A stretch of 64,000 bases of DNA from an uncultured Lachnospiraceae bacterium (GTDB taxonomy: Bacteria > Bacillota > Clostridia > Christensenellales > UBA1242), in the NCBI GenBank assembly GCA_964405555.1, contig CAYOOB010000004.1:10165-74164 (forward strand). Reading direction: 5' to 3'. Below the pieces are notes generated by a model. The model was not told where the DNA came from and did no database searches. It saw nothing but the letters and a program-made list of their open reading frames with translations. This document shows, piece after piece, positions 50,858 to 60,546 of this stretch (positions are counted from its first letter, which is position 1; each line of letters begins with the position of its first letter). The position numbers were made by a program, and so were the translations under genes.

Positions 50858-51502
50858 TTAATTCTCAGTATTTAATTCAATTTCTTCATTTCTCTTGTTG
50901 GTATAACGCTTTATCATTTTTTTGAAGAAGAAAATTAATAAACCAACAACTGCAAAAACTGCAATCAACGCAAGCGAAAACAAGAAAATATAATATGTTG
51001 AGTTTCCAAATAGAATACACACCAGCAACACGATAACGCACGATATAATCTCACCAATTAAGACAGACAAAAAACCTTGCCAAAACTTTAAATTTGTTAA
51101 ACCTGCGATTATAGAGCCTGAATACACCCCTGTTAATGGCAAAGGAACAGAAACAAAAGCTACCAATGTTAAACATTTCTTAAGTGTGGAGGTTTTTGAT
51201 TGAACTTTATCAATCTTGGCATGATATTTCGACTGAATGGCAGATAAGAACTTTTCGTGAACAAATCCACTTGTTTTACTTTTTATTTTCCTTACCAACC
51301 ATATTATAAATATTGAAGGTATCATACCACCTAAAAGAGCCACAAAGAAGGCAATAACTGGCGATAGAACATTATCTCCCCAAATAACTGCTGAAAGAGC
51401 CAAAGGAATTGCCACCCTACTTTCCACCATTGGAAACATTGCTAATAACAACACTGCAAGAATCACACATTCCGAAAAATTATCTGCAAAAAAATCAACC
51501 AT
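50858..51502 (-). CDS. Small multidrug-export-like membrane protein (COG2426-like)
   Basis: Polytopic, with a VESRVAIPLA motif near the N-terminus. The family assignment is from memory. Confidence 0.5.
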   Translation of the reverse strand: MVDFFADNFSECVILAVLLLAMFPMVESRVAIPLALSAVIWGDNVLSPVIAFFVALLGGMIPSIFIIWLVRKIKSKTSGFVHEKFLSAIQSKYHAKIDKVQSKTSTLKKCLTLVAFVSVPLPLTGVYSGSIIAGLTNLKFWQGFLSVLIGEIISCVIVLLVCILFGNSTYYIFLFSLALIAVFAVVGLLIFFFKKMIKRYTNKRNEEIELNTEN

Positions 51503-51534
51503 AAAAAAGACCTCAATTCATTTATATGAGGTCT
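51503..51534 (-). promoter_or_regulatory. Terminator-like hairpin abutting the start codon that sequesters the SD
   Basis: On the - strand: AGACCTCA-11 nt-TGAGGTCT-TTTTT-ATG. The only GAGG SD sits in the 3' arm. Confidence 0.5.
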
Positions 51535-51841
51535 ATCCTTAAAATAGCACAACATTACAAAATTACTAAAAATTACATTTTTATCTTTACCTTTAGTAAG
51601 TTTTCTAAAAGTTGTTATTATTTAAACATAATTATATTTCTATAACTATTAAAATTAGTTATATTTTAATAATTATATAATTATAATTATTTAGTTTTTT
51701 TATAGTTAAATAAAACAGTCCAATCTATATTCTAAGATTTTTTATATACAAATATTCACTTTAAAATGTCACTGATGAGCGAATTTAAAAATATAAACTA
51801 ACATATTAAAAACATACTTTATACTGATTTTTGATAAGGCA

Positions 51842-53500
51842 TTATCTTTCACTGATAAGTTTTCTTGCGTGTTGAAAAGCTGTTTGAGATACGTTTTCGT
51901 CATCATCAATAAGTCTTGCAACCTCTGTGATTATCTCTTCATTTTCAAGATGTCGAACTGTTGATATAGTACTTCCATTCTCCACTTTTTTACTAACAAG
52001 TAAGAAATTATCCGCTTTTGATGCCACAACTGGTGTGTGAGTTATACAAATAATTTGAGTGAATTTTGATATGTTTACAAGTTTTTCGGATAATCTCCCA
52101 GCAGTTTGCCCACTTATTCCAGAGTCTATCTCATCAAAAACAACCGTTTGGACATTTTCTTTGTCTAACATAACATTCTTAAATGCCAACATAAGTCGAG
52201 ATAATTCCCCTCCTGATGCTGTTTTATGTAAATCTCGAACATCTTGTCCAACATTTGCCGAAAACATAAATTTAACATCGTCAAAACCATTCCTTGAACA
52301 TTCTTTTTGTTCAAAATAAACCTTAAAACTCGTACCTTTCATCTCCAAATCGGCAAGTTCACCGCAAATCTTATTTGCAAAAACTTCGGCATAGTGTTTT
52401 CGTGTTATGGACAGTTTCTGGCAAGCATCTAAAAGTGCCTCTTGCTTGTTTTTTCTCTCTCTTTCAAGTTTTTCAAGCAGTTCAGCACTGTTTTCAAGTT
52501 CTTCTAACCTTGCCTTACTCTTAGTTTGAAATTCTAAAACAGCCTCCACATCTTTACCATATTTTCTAAATAGTCCTTTCAATAAGTCTAATCTTGCATC
52601 AATTCTTTCAAGTTCAATAGGGTCAAACTCTGTGCTTTGTCTAACAGTTTCCAAAACATCCACAACATCTTGAATTTCATAGTAGCAACTTTCAATACGT
52701 GTACGACTCGCCTCAATATCCTCAAAATTTGACAATCCAGACAGTTCATTTTTGGCAGAATAGAGCAAAGATAGAACATTCTCATTCTGGTTATCTAACT
52801 TATTCAAAACCTCACTTACTGCATCGAAAATCTTTTCTGAGGACGAAATAAAGTCAAAGCGAGTTTTCAACTCTTCTTCCTCGCCAAGTTGAAGATGTGC
52901 ATTTTCAATTTCATTCACTTGAAATTCAAGTATTTCTTTTTCTCTTGCTCTCTCAGCCTCATTTCCTCCCAAAGAAGCAAACTTCTGTTCCACTTCTTTA
53001 AGTTCATCATAACACTTTAAAACTTTCTCTTTTAAAATTGAAACTTCTTCGCCTGCAAACTTGTCTAAAAGAGATAGGTGATTGTTTGAATTTAAAAGCC
53101 CAACACTCTCGTGCTGTCCGCAGAAATCGGCAAGTTTCTCAGAAAGACTTTGAAGCATTTTAATTGTTGCTGGAAATCCACAGATTTTCACAGAAGACTT
53201 CCCATCAACTGATAGTGTTCTTGTGATGATAAGTTCTTCATCACACTCCAAATCCCACTCTCGCAACATCTGCAAAACTTCTTCGTTTAGGTCAGTGAAA
53301 ATTCCGTCCACCCTCATGGATGTTTCACCAGATCGTATGAGGTTTTTATCCGCCTTCGCACCCAACAAAAAACTCAAAGCAGAAATAATGATACTTTTTC
53401 CAGCACCAGACTGCCCTAAAAGACAATTAAAACCATTTTCAAACTCTATAGTTTGTTTTTTTATTAATGCCACATTTGACAACATTAAAGATGAAAGCAT
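51842..53500 (-). CDS. recN: DNA repair protein RecN
   Basis: MLSSLMLSNVALI..GQSGAGKSII N-terminus, coiled coil, and a C-terminal SGGE..R signature. I prefer the start at 53500 (or 53503) over the ORF-track 53596. Confidence 0.9.
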   Translation of the reverse strand: MLSSLMLSNVALIKKQTIEFENGFNCLLGQSGAGKSIIISALSFLLGAKADKNLIRSGETSMRVDGIFTDLNEEVLQMLREWDLECDEELIITRTLSVDGKSSVKICGFPATIKMLQSLSEKLADFCGQHESVGLLNSNNHLSLLDKFAGEEVSILKEKVLKCYDELKEVEQKFASLGGNEAERAREKEILEFQVNEIENAHLQLGEEEELKTRFDFISSSEKIFDAVSEVLNKLDNQNENVLSLLYSAKNELSGLSNFEDIEASRTRIESCYYEIQDVVDVLETVRQSTEFDPIELERIDARLDLLKGLFRKYGKDVEAVLEFQTKSKARLEELENSAELLEKLERERKNKQEALLDACQKLSITRKHYAEVFANKICGELADLEMKGTSFKVYFEQKECSRNGFDDVKFMFSANVGQDVRDLHKTASGGELSRLMLAFKNVMLDKENVQTVVFDEIDSGISGQTAGRLSEKLVNISKFTQIICITHTPVVASKADNFLLVSKKVENGSTISTVRHLENEEIITEVARLIDDDENVSQTAFQHARKLISER

Positions 53501-53759
53501 CATAAACCTCACGTCAATTTTCACTATCATTTTACAACATATCACAAAAATTTGCAAGCAAACTTCCAATATTACAAAGCCTATTTCTCTTAACAAAAGA
53601 GTATAAGTTGAAGGAGTTTACAAATAAATTGAAAAAGATAAAAAGAAGAATAAAGAATAAGCAAAATTTAAAAAATAAGAATATTAGATTAACAACCAAT
53701 CAATTACTTAAATAGAATAGAGAACATAAATCATTAAGTAATACAAATAAAAAAACTCT

Positions 53760-54212
53760 CTAAGAGAGTAGTTGTTGAAGTGTTGAAACTGCATCAGATG
53801 CAAACACCACAGTTGGAAAAATCAAAAGAATTGTGTCATCTCCATAAGTAGAACCCATTAACTCATTCAAGTTGAATTTATCAATGAAAGAAGACACCCC
53901 AGACCCCATACCTTTAATAGTTTTTATAACCGCCAAATTGAGTGCTGGCTTCACAGATATAACACATTCCTTAAAGATATTTATGTATTTATTAGAAACG
54001 ACTTGTTGTTCATTTCCTAAAATAGCATACTTATATCTTCCAGAACTACCCAAAATTTTTGTCAAACCAAGCTCTTTGATATCACGTGAGATTGTTGCTT
54101 GTGTGATATCAAAGTTAGCATTTTTCAATTCTTTTGCAAGGTCATCTTGAGTTTCAATCTCTTTTGTGGAGATTAATTCCAAAATTTTGGATTGTCTTGC
54201 ACTTCTTGCCAT
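53760..54212 (-). CDS. argR: Arginine repressor ArgR/AhrC
   Basis: R...I..I......I.TQ..L...L......TQATISRDI.EL N-terminus and a C-terminal GT.AGDDT-like motif. Confidence 0.9.
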   Translation of the reverse strand: MARSARQSKILELISTKEIETQDDLAKELKNANFDITQATISRDIKELGLTKILGSSGRYKYAILGNEQQVVSNKYINIFKECVISVKPALNLAVIKTIKGMGSGVSSFIDKFNLNELMGSTYGDDTILLIFPTVVFASDAVSTLQQLLS

Positions 54213-54282
54213 TTCTTTCTCCTTGAAGCCTACACACGCCTATTTTAGGGATATGTAGCGATTTTGCATAAATATAAATTCA

Positions 54283-54432
54283 TGAATATTCATGCATTTT
54301 TGATTATTATACAATAAAATTTATAAATATGCAAGTGATTTTTGTATATTTATTCACTCATTTTTTATAAAAATTTCAAATCTTGCAAATTTATAAAAAC
54401 GAAATTCATAATTATAAGTGAATATACATTTT
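54283..54432 (-). promoter_or_regulatory. Candidate ARG boxes upstream of argR
   Basis: TGAATATTCATGCA (54283-54296), TGTATATTTATTCA (54343-54356) and TGAATATACATTTT (54419-54432), compared with the core TGAATwwwwATTCA. Confidence 0.35.
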
Positions 54433-54731
54433 CATTTATAAACGCCATACAAACAATAACTTACACACCACAATCATCATATATACCAACCCACATATAA
54501 TCTTAAACCAAACCGTGAATTATACTTACATCAATTCACAACAACCCATCATCATCAATAATCACCAATTATCAATAAGTCAATTAGAAACAAAACAATT
54601 AACAATAAGTTAATTAACAATAAACCAATTACAACAATTCAATAAGCAACAAACCAATTAACAGTAAACCAGATAAAACAACTATTCAACAATAAGCATA
54701 AGTATTATTTAACGAACTGATTATAAACAAT

Positions 54732-54766
54732 AAAAAATGACATATCAACACAATATGTCATTTTTC
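54732..54766. terminator. Bidirectional-type terminator downstream of thiI
   Basis: Perfect 9 bp stem ATGACATAT / ATATGTCAT, with A6 on one side and T5 on the other. Confidence 0.65.
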
Positions 54767-54927
54767 TATAATTTCAATAGCTTTATTTATTATTTTCTTT
54801 TTTTATTATCTTTGATTATAATCACAACAACAACCTTTCACCACCAACCTCAAACACCTAAATATCAAATACTTAAACCATTACAAAAGTGTAAGTGTTG
54901 CCATATTGTATTTTTTAGAATGTTTAA

Positions 54928-56121
54928 TTAGTAGTTATTTATAATCATAACCTCTTCGTTATTAACAGCAATTTCCACCAACCTTTCAATATCCAACCTT
55001 TCTTCCAACTTTTCCGCACGAGAGATAGTTGGTCGAATCACTGGGTTCTTTGGAAGAAACACCGTACAACAATCTTCATAAGGTAATATAGATGTTTCGT
55101 AAGTTTTAATTTTCTTTGCTACATCCATAATCTCCTCTTTGTCAAAAGCAATCACTGGACGAAACACCGGTAATGAAACCACCGAATTTGTAACACTCAT
55201 ACTTTGCATAGTTTGACTTGCCACCTGTCCCAAACTCTCACCAGTGATAATTGCACCCAAATTGTTTTGTTGACAAATTTTCTGTGCAATTCTCATCATA
55301 ATACGACGCATAATTGTAATCATATATTCACTATCGCAAAATCTGTGAATTTGCTCTTGGATATCCGTAAAAGAAACTATATGTAATTTAATTTCTCCAC
55401 AGTAAACAGAAATCTGTTTGGCGAGTTCAATAACCTTTTCTTTCGCCTGAACACTTGTGTATGGAAACGAGTGAAAATGTACCGCTTCAAGTTTAAGTCC
55501 ACGCTTTGCCATTAGATAACCAGCAACAGGACTGTCAATTCCGCCAGATAACAACAGCAAACCCATGCCAGCACTTCCAAGAGGCAACCCGCCAACACAT
55601 TTAATCAATCTATCATATATATATGTTTTTCCATTTGTTCTAACTTCAACATATAAGGTCTTTTCCGGATGATATAAATCAACTTTCAACTTAGTTGACG
55701 AAGCACCCTCTTTATATCTTTTTTCACTTTCATTAAGCACCACTTCACCCAAATGCGATGCCAGTTCCATTGATGTCATCTCAAACTTCTTATCCGCTCT
55801 TTTAGCCTCAACCTTAAATGTTGAAACGTTATTCATATCAACCTTTTTAACTTGGCTTTCAATTTCTGTTAGCGTACTTTCAACCTCGTAAGCATCGGCA
55901 ACAGCAATTAAACCAAAAACCTCTTGCAGTTTAGATATAATTTCATCTTCAAATGAAAGGTCATATTCACAAACAATCAGCCTACCCTGAGTTTCCACAA
56001 CCGCACAATCAAACTCACGAAGCTTCTTCCTTATATTTAACATCAAAAGTTTGATAAAATCATGGCGATTTTTACCTTTCAAGAACAATTCACCAAACTT
56101 TAACAATAAAACTTTTTTCAT
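54928..56121 (-). CDS. thiI: tRNA 4-thiouridine synthase ThiI
   Basis: KFGELFLKGKNR N-terminus, THUMP domain, and PP-loop LLLSGGIDSPVA. Confidence 0.9.
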   Translation of the reverse strand: MKKVLLLKFGELFLKGKNRHDFIKLLMLNIRKKLREFDCAVVETQGRLIVCEYDLSFEDEIISKLQEVFGLIAVADAYEVESTLTEIESQVKKVDMNNVSTFKVEAKRADKKFEMTSMELASHLGEVVLNESEKRYKEGASSTKLKVDLYHPEKTLYVEVRTNGKTYIYDRLIKCVGGLPLGSAGMGLLLLSGGIDSPVAGYLMAKRGLKLEAVHFHSFPYTSVQAKEKVIELAKQISVYCGEIKLHIVSFTDIQEQIHRFCDSEYMITIMRRIMMRIAQKICQQNNLGAIITGESLGQVASQTMQSMSVTNSVVSLPVFRPVIAFDKEEIMDVAKKIKTYETSILPYEDCCTVFLPKNPVIRPTISRAEKLEERLDIERLVEIAVNNEEVMIINNY

Positions 56122-57386
56122 AACACTTTTTCCTTAATCTCTTGATATGTTTCTTTTATAATATTACCTGCTTTAACAACTTCATCCTCACTCATATAAG
56201 CATTAAAACTAATTCTCACACTCGAAATAATTTCATCTGCATTCAAACCAATCTTATCAAGCACTCTATTACCAGCTTTTTTAGAAGAACACGCACTACC
56301 AAGCCCCACAATAACACCTTTCTTATTAAGTGCATGAAGCATCGTTTCCCCCTTCACACCTTGAAAAATAAGGTTTTCAATGTATGGAGAACCTCCAAAA
56401 TCCTTAATTAAAATTTGGTTTATATCTTTACTTACTTGGTTTAATTGTTTAATATCTATCTTTTTCAACACTTCATTGGTATTCGCATCTAAATTCTTAA
56501 TCTGTCTTTTTTCATGTTTCAAAGCAACTTCCACATTCTCGATATTTCCCATATTTCCGATATTTTCATCACTTTGCAAAGTGGAGTTAAACAAACTTTT
56601 AAGATTACTTACCTTTTCAAAGTTAACTTTTTCATCAATCATTTCAACCGCCTTTCTAAGTTGCATTATACCAGAAACATTTTCTGTTCCCGAACGCAAC
56701 CCATATTGTTGACCACCACCTTGAAAAAATTCTTTAAGCCCACCTTTATTTTTCACATAAAGTCCAGCAATACCCTTCGGCGCATGAAACTTATGACCAC
56801 TAAAAGAATATAAATCAACCGCAGTTTGCTTTAAAGAAAAAGGAATTTTCATAAAACCTTGCACACCATCAATATGCAAAATCGCTCTAGGACAATATTT
56901 TAGTTTAATTTTTGATATTTTTTCAAGGTTGTTAATCGCACCAGTTTCATTACCTACATGAATTATGCTTATTAACCTAGTTTTTTCGTTAACAACTTTC
57001 TCTAATTCATCATAATCCACACAACCATTAGATTGAAGTGGCACAAAATGAACTTTATAACCTTCCATTTCTAATTTTTTCGCAACATTATAGACCGAAG
57101 GATGTTCCCCTTCGGAAAAAACATACTCCCAATTACCAGAACGCAATGAACCCTTAATTGCAAGATTATTACTTTCAGTTGCACACCCAGTGAAAAGAAT
57201 ATTTCCTTCTGTAACACCCAACCTTTTTAAAATGTATTTTTCAGTTTCTACAATTTGCTTATAAGTTTGCATAGATTCAATAGAAAGTGCAGAAGGATTA
57301 AAGAACTGATTACACGAAAACTCTCTATGAATTTCCACGCATTCATCAAACATCTTTGTCGTTCCAGCATTATTAAGATAAATCAT
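56118..57386 (-). CDS. Cysteine desulfurase paired with thiI (like nifZ-thiI of B. subtilis), with a low-complexity insert
   Basis: YLNNAGTT N-terminus and PLP lysine FSGHKFHAPKG. A 4 nt overlap links it to thiI. I prefer the ATG at 57386. Confidence 0.85.
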   Translation of the reverse strand: MIYLNNAGTTKMFDECVEIHREFSCNQFFNPSALSIESMQTYKQIVETEKYILKRLGVTEGNILFTGCATESNNLAIKGSLRSGNWEYVFSEGEHPSVYNVAKKLEMEGYKVHFVPLQSNGCVDYDELEKVVNEKTRLISIIHVGNETGAINNLEKISKIKLKYCPRAILHIDGVQGFMKIPFSLKQTAVDLYSFSGHKFHAPKGIAGLYVKNKGGLKEFFQGGGQQYGLRSGTENVSGIMQLRKAVEMIDEKVNFEKVSNLKSLFNSTLQSDENIGNMGNIENVEVALKHEKRQIKNLDANTNEVLKKIDIKQLNQVSKDINQILIKDFGGSPYIENLIFQGVKGETMLHALNKKGVIVGLGSACSSKKAGNRVLDKIGLNADEIISSVRISFNAYMSEDEVVKAGNIIKETYQEIKEKVL

Positions 57387-57717
57387 TTTCACCTTCACCT
57401 CTCAAAAAAAATCAACTACAATAAACAACCTCAAAAACAAACTATTGCAATATAGCCTCAAGCCATGAATAATTTTTATTTTTTATTTATTCTTCATTAT
57501 CTTCTTTTATTTTTCATTATCTTCTTTATTTATTCTTTATTATTTCCTTTATCTATTCCAGATTTTTTCTTTTTATTGTCATTGTCAAAATATTCTGATT
57601 AACTAAAATTTAATATAACAATCTAAATTGACATTAATATAACATTGACACAAAATTGAATTAAATAAGAAATTCAAACAATATCTATCTCTCTTTAATT
57701 ATAACCAAATTACAAAT

Positions 57718-57769
57718 CAATATATTGTGGTGTTACGCATTATATTAATTGAATAACACCACAATATTT
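57718..57769. repeat. Palindromic spacer element, copy H (perfect 12 bp hairpin)
   Basis: ATTGTGGTGTTA (57724-57735) pairs with TAACACCACAAT (57754-57765). The flanks are CAATATATTGTGG..CGCATTAT. Confidence 0.8.
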
Positions 57770-57801
57770 AGTTTTGAATTAATCAAACAAAACTCATTTT
57801 A

Positions 57802-60228
57802 TTAATTATCTCTTAGTTTCGCACCACATCTAAACTGCAAACTTTTCAAAACTTTGTTCATAACCTGATTAATCTCATCCCCCGTCAATGTTTTATCTTC
57901 ACTAATAAACACAATTTTGTAAGCCATACTTTTCTTTCCCTCACCGAGAGAAGAACTTCGATAAACATCAAACAAGTTAACATCATAAAACATTTTACCA
58001 GATGCAGATTTTATCACTTCCATAAGTTCTTCGTTCGTGACTTTTTCATCAACCACAACTGCAATATCACGTTCAACAGGAGGAAATTTAGAAATTTCTT
58101 TAGTAGAAAATTCTTTCTCTGGCAAACTTGAAAGATAATCAGTGTCCAATTCCCCATAATACACATCTTGACTTATATCATAGTTCTTCAAAACTAACTT
58201 GTGCACCTTACCAAACCAACCAACAACACTGCCATCCTCAGCCACAATATCAGCACTAACTCCGCCATGCAAATAAGGTTCTTTGGAACGTCTTAAAGAA
58301 TATTTTAAAGAAGTTCCAATCAATAAATTCTCCACAATTCCTTTCATCTGAAAGAAATCAAACCCAACCTCACAAATTGCAAAAGAAAGGCGATTATTTT
58401 CCACAGGGAGTTCAGTTAAAGGTAATGATTTTGGCAAGTACACCCTACCTTGTTCAAAGAATCTAAAATCTTTATTTCCAACAGACAAGTTATATGTCAC
58501 ATCCAGCAACATAGCATGAGCCATAACAGTTCTTGCCGTGGATAAATCTTCACTTATAGGATTTGCAACCTTAATAACATTTCTTCTAACATCATTATCA
58601 TCAAGCAAAAGTTTATCACACGCAGATGCCGAATATAAAGAGTAGTTCAAAGTTTCATAAAAACCCATATCAACCAAAATGTTTTTCAACCCATTTTCAA
58701 ACTGTAAGCGAGGCTCAAACTTACCAAGCGTGGTAGCAGAATTTTCAAACGCAACACCCTCAATGTTATTATAGACATCATAACCATATATTCTAATAAT
58801 TTCTTCAGCAATATCATTCACAGTGTTAATATCCTCACGTGTTACAGGTGGAATACAAACAAGTTGGTCGCCGTCAATCGAACTTTCAATAGCAAGCCCA
58901 TTCAAAATTTTCAACATTTTCTTTTTATCGATTTCAAAACCTAAAATCTTACATACTTTTGAATACGAAACTTTTATCTCTTTTCGCTGGTTCAACTTCT
59001 GACTGCAAATATCAATAATACCATCAACAATCTCTCCACATTTCAATTTGTCAACTAAATGAAGTGCCCTCTTCATGGCTACACTTGGAAGATTTATATT
59101 CACACCCTTTGAATACCTTGCTGATGAATCTGTGTTCAAACCAAACTTTTTAGCAGTCAAGCGAACACTCTTCAAATCAAACACCGCACATTCAAAAACA
59201 GTTTCAGTTGTGGTTTCTGTAACACAAGAATTCACACCTCCAATAACACCAGCAATTACAACAGGTTTTTTAGAGTCAGCAATCACCATAACATCTTTGT
59301 CGAGATTGTATGTTTGTCCGTTCAACACAGCAATTTTCTCATCCGACTTTGCTTGACGAACACAAATATGCCCACCTTCAAGATATTTATAATCAAAAGT
59401 ATGCATAGGTTGCCCCTGCTCAATTAGAATATAATTCGTTATATCAACCATGGTGTTAATCGGTTTAATACCAACCGCATGAAGTCTACTTCTCATCCAA
59501 AGTGGTGCCTTTTCAAGTTTTATATTTTTAATATAACCAGCCATATATCTTGGGCAGTTTGGTGTTTTAACTTCCACACTAACATATTTGTTTACATCTT
59601 CATCATTTTTACTTGTTTTGGTTGTTTTATAGGAGATATCAAAATCGATAAACTTTCTGTCAAACATAGCACAAACTTCACGAGCAATACCAACAACACT
59701 ATTGCAATCAGGACGATTTGGAGTGACATTAACATCAAAAACAACATCATTTAGCAACAAAGCATCCTCAATTTTTGTTCCCGGAACAAAGTCGTTTGGC
59801 AAGATTAAAATTCCATTAATTCCGGCACCTTCAAAGTAGTTTTCATCGATACCAAGTTCCTCTCCAGAACAGAACATTCCATCACTCTTCACACCTCGAA
59901 AATTGGTAGGCTTGATTTTAACACCATTACACAAATCCGCACCTTCTAACGAAACAGGAACCACAGCTCCTTCAAAAACATTGGTTGCTGAAGTGATAAT
60001 TTGAACCTTTTTAAAGCCCACATCAACCTGACAAATAACAAGCCTGTCAGCGGTTGGATGTTTTTCAATCTTTGTGATTTTGGACACATAAACATCGTGA
60101 AGATGTTCATTCATATAATCAATTTCTTCCACCTCAAACCCAGATACTGTCAACTTTTCTGCAACTTCTTCTGCGGTTAAATCTTTCAAATCTACAAAAT
60201 CTTTAAGCCAATTATATGAAACTTTCAT
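57802..60228 (-). CDS. pheT: Phenylalanyl-tRNA synthetase beta subunit
   Basis: MKVSYNWLKDFV N-terminus, with tRNA-binding, B3/4, B5 and FDX-ACB regions at the expected length. Confidence 0.95.
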   Translation of the reverse strand: MKVSYNWLKDFVDLKDLTAEEVAEKLTVSGFEVEEIDYMNEHLHDVYVSKITKIEKHPTADRLVICQVDVGFKKVQIITSATNVFEGAVVPVSLEGADLCNGVKIKPTNFRGVKSDGMFCSGEELGIDENYFEGAGINGILILPNDFVPGTKIEDALLLNDVVFDVNVTPNRPDCNSVVGIAREVCAMFDRKFIDFDISYKTTKTSKNDEDVNKYVSVEVKTPNCPRYMAGYIKNIKLEKAPLWMRSRLHAVGIKPINTMVDITNYILIEQGQPMHTFDYKYLEGGHICVRQAKSDEKIAVLNGQTYNLDKDVMVIADSKKPVVIAGVIGGVNSCVTETTTETVFECAVFDLKSVRLTAKKFGLNTDSSARYSKGVNINLPSVAMKRALHLVDKLKCGEIVDGIIDICSQKLNQRKEIKVSYSKVCKILGFEIDKKKMLKILNGLAIESSIDGDQLVCIPPVTREDINTVNDIAEEIIRIYGYDVYNNIEGVAFENSATTLGKFEPRLQFENGLKNILVDMGFYETLNYSLYSASACDKLLLDDNDVRRNVIKVANPISEDLSTARTVMAHAMLLDVTYNLSVGNKDFRFFEQGRVYLPKSLPLTELPVENNRLSFAICEVGFDFFQMKGIVENLLIGTSLKYSLRRSKEPYLHGGVSADIVAEDGSVVGWFGKVHKLVLKNYDISQDVYYGELDTDYLSSLPEKEFSTKEISKFPPVERDIAVVVDEKVTNEELMEVIKSASGKMFYDVNLFDVYRSSSLGEGKKSMAYKIVFISEDKTLTGDEINQVMNKVLKSLQFRCGAKLRDN

Positions 60229-60423
60229 TTCCTTTCTCCCTTATTTTTTAATCTTATAATCTTTCCATTTATTTCTTAAATTATTTCTTTTTTATTACAT
60301 TATTTCATATTTCAACATTATTTCATATTTCAACATTATTTTATCTTTCATTACCTAATATCTATTAATTCTATCATCTCACTTGCTCACTTGTTTATTT
60401 CAAATTGTCAAAATTGTAATGCT

Positions 60424-60488
60424 TTGCATAATACACAATATATGGTGTAGTATGCACGCATAATACACTTTATGTAGTGTAGTATGCA
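60424..60488. repeat. Palindromic spacer element, copy I (two tandem full units, ~32-33 bp period) in the pheS-pheT spacer
   Basis: TTGCATAATACACAATATATGGTGTAGTATGCA (60424-60456) followed by CGCATAATACACTTTATGTAGTGTAGTATGCA (60457-60488). Confidence 0.9.
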
Positions 60489-60546
60489 AACTATTGTTTT
60501 TACTATAATTCCACACAATCAAACAATCAGCAACAACCTTACAACT

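Noticed and set aside
54737-54931. A 64 aa ORF on the + strand downstream of thiI
   Set aside because: It begins inside the bidirectional terminator hairpin, has a low-complexity T-rich translation, and has no SD.
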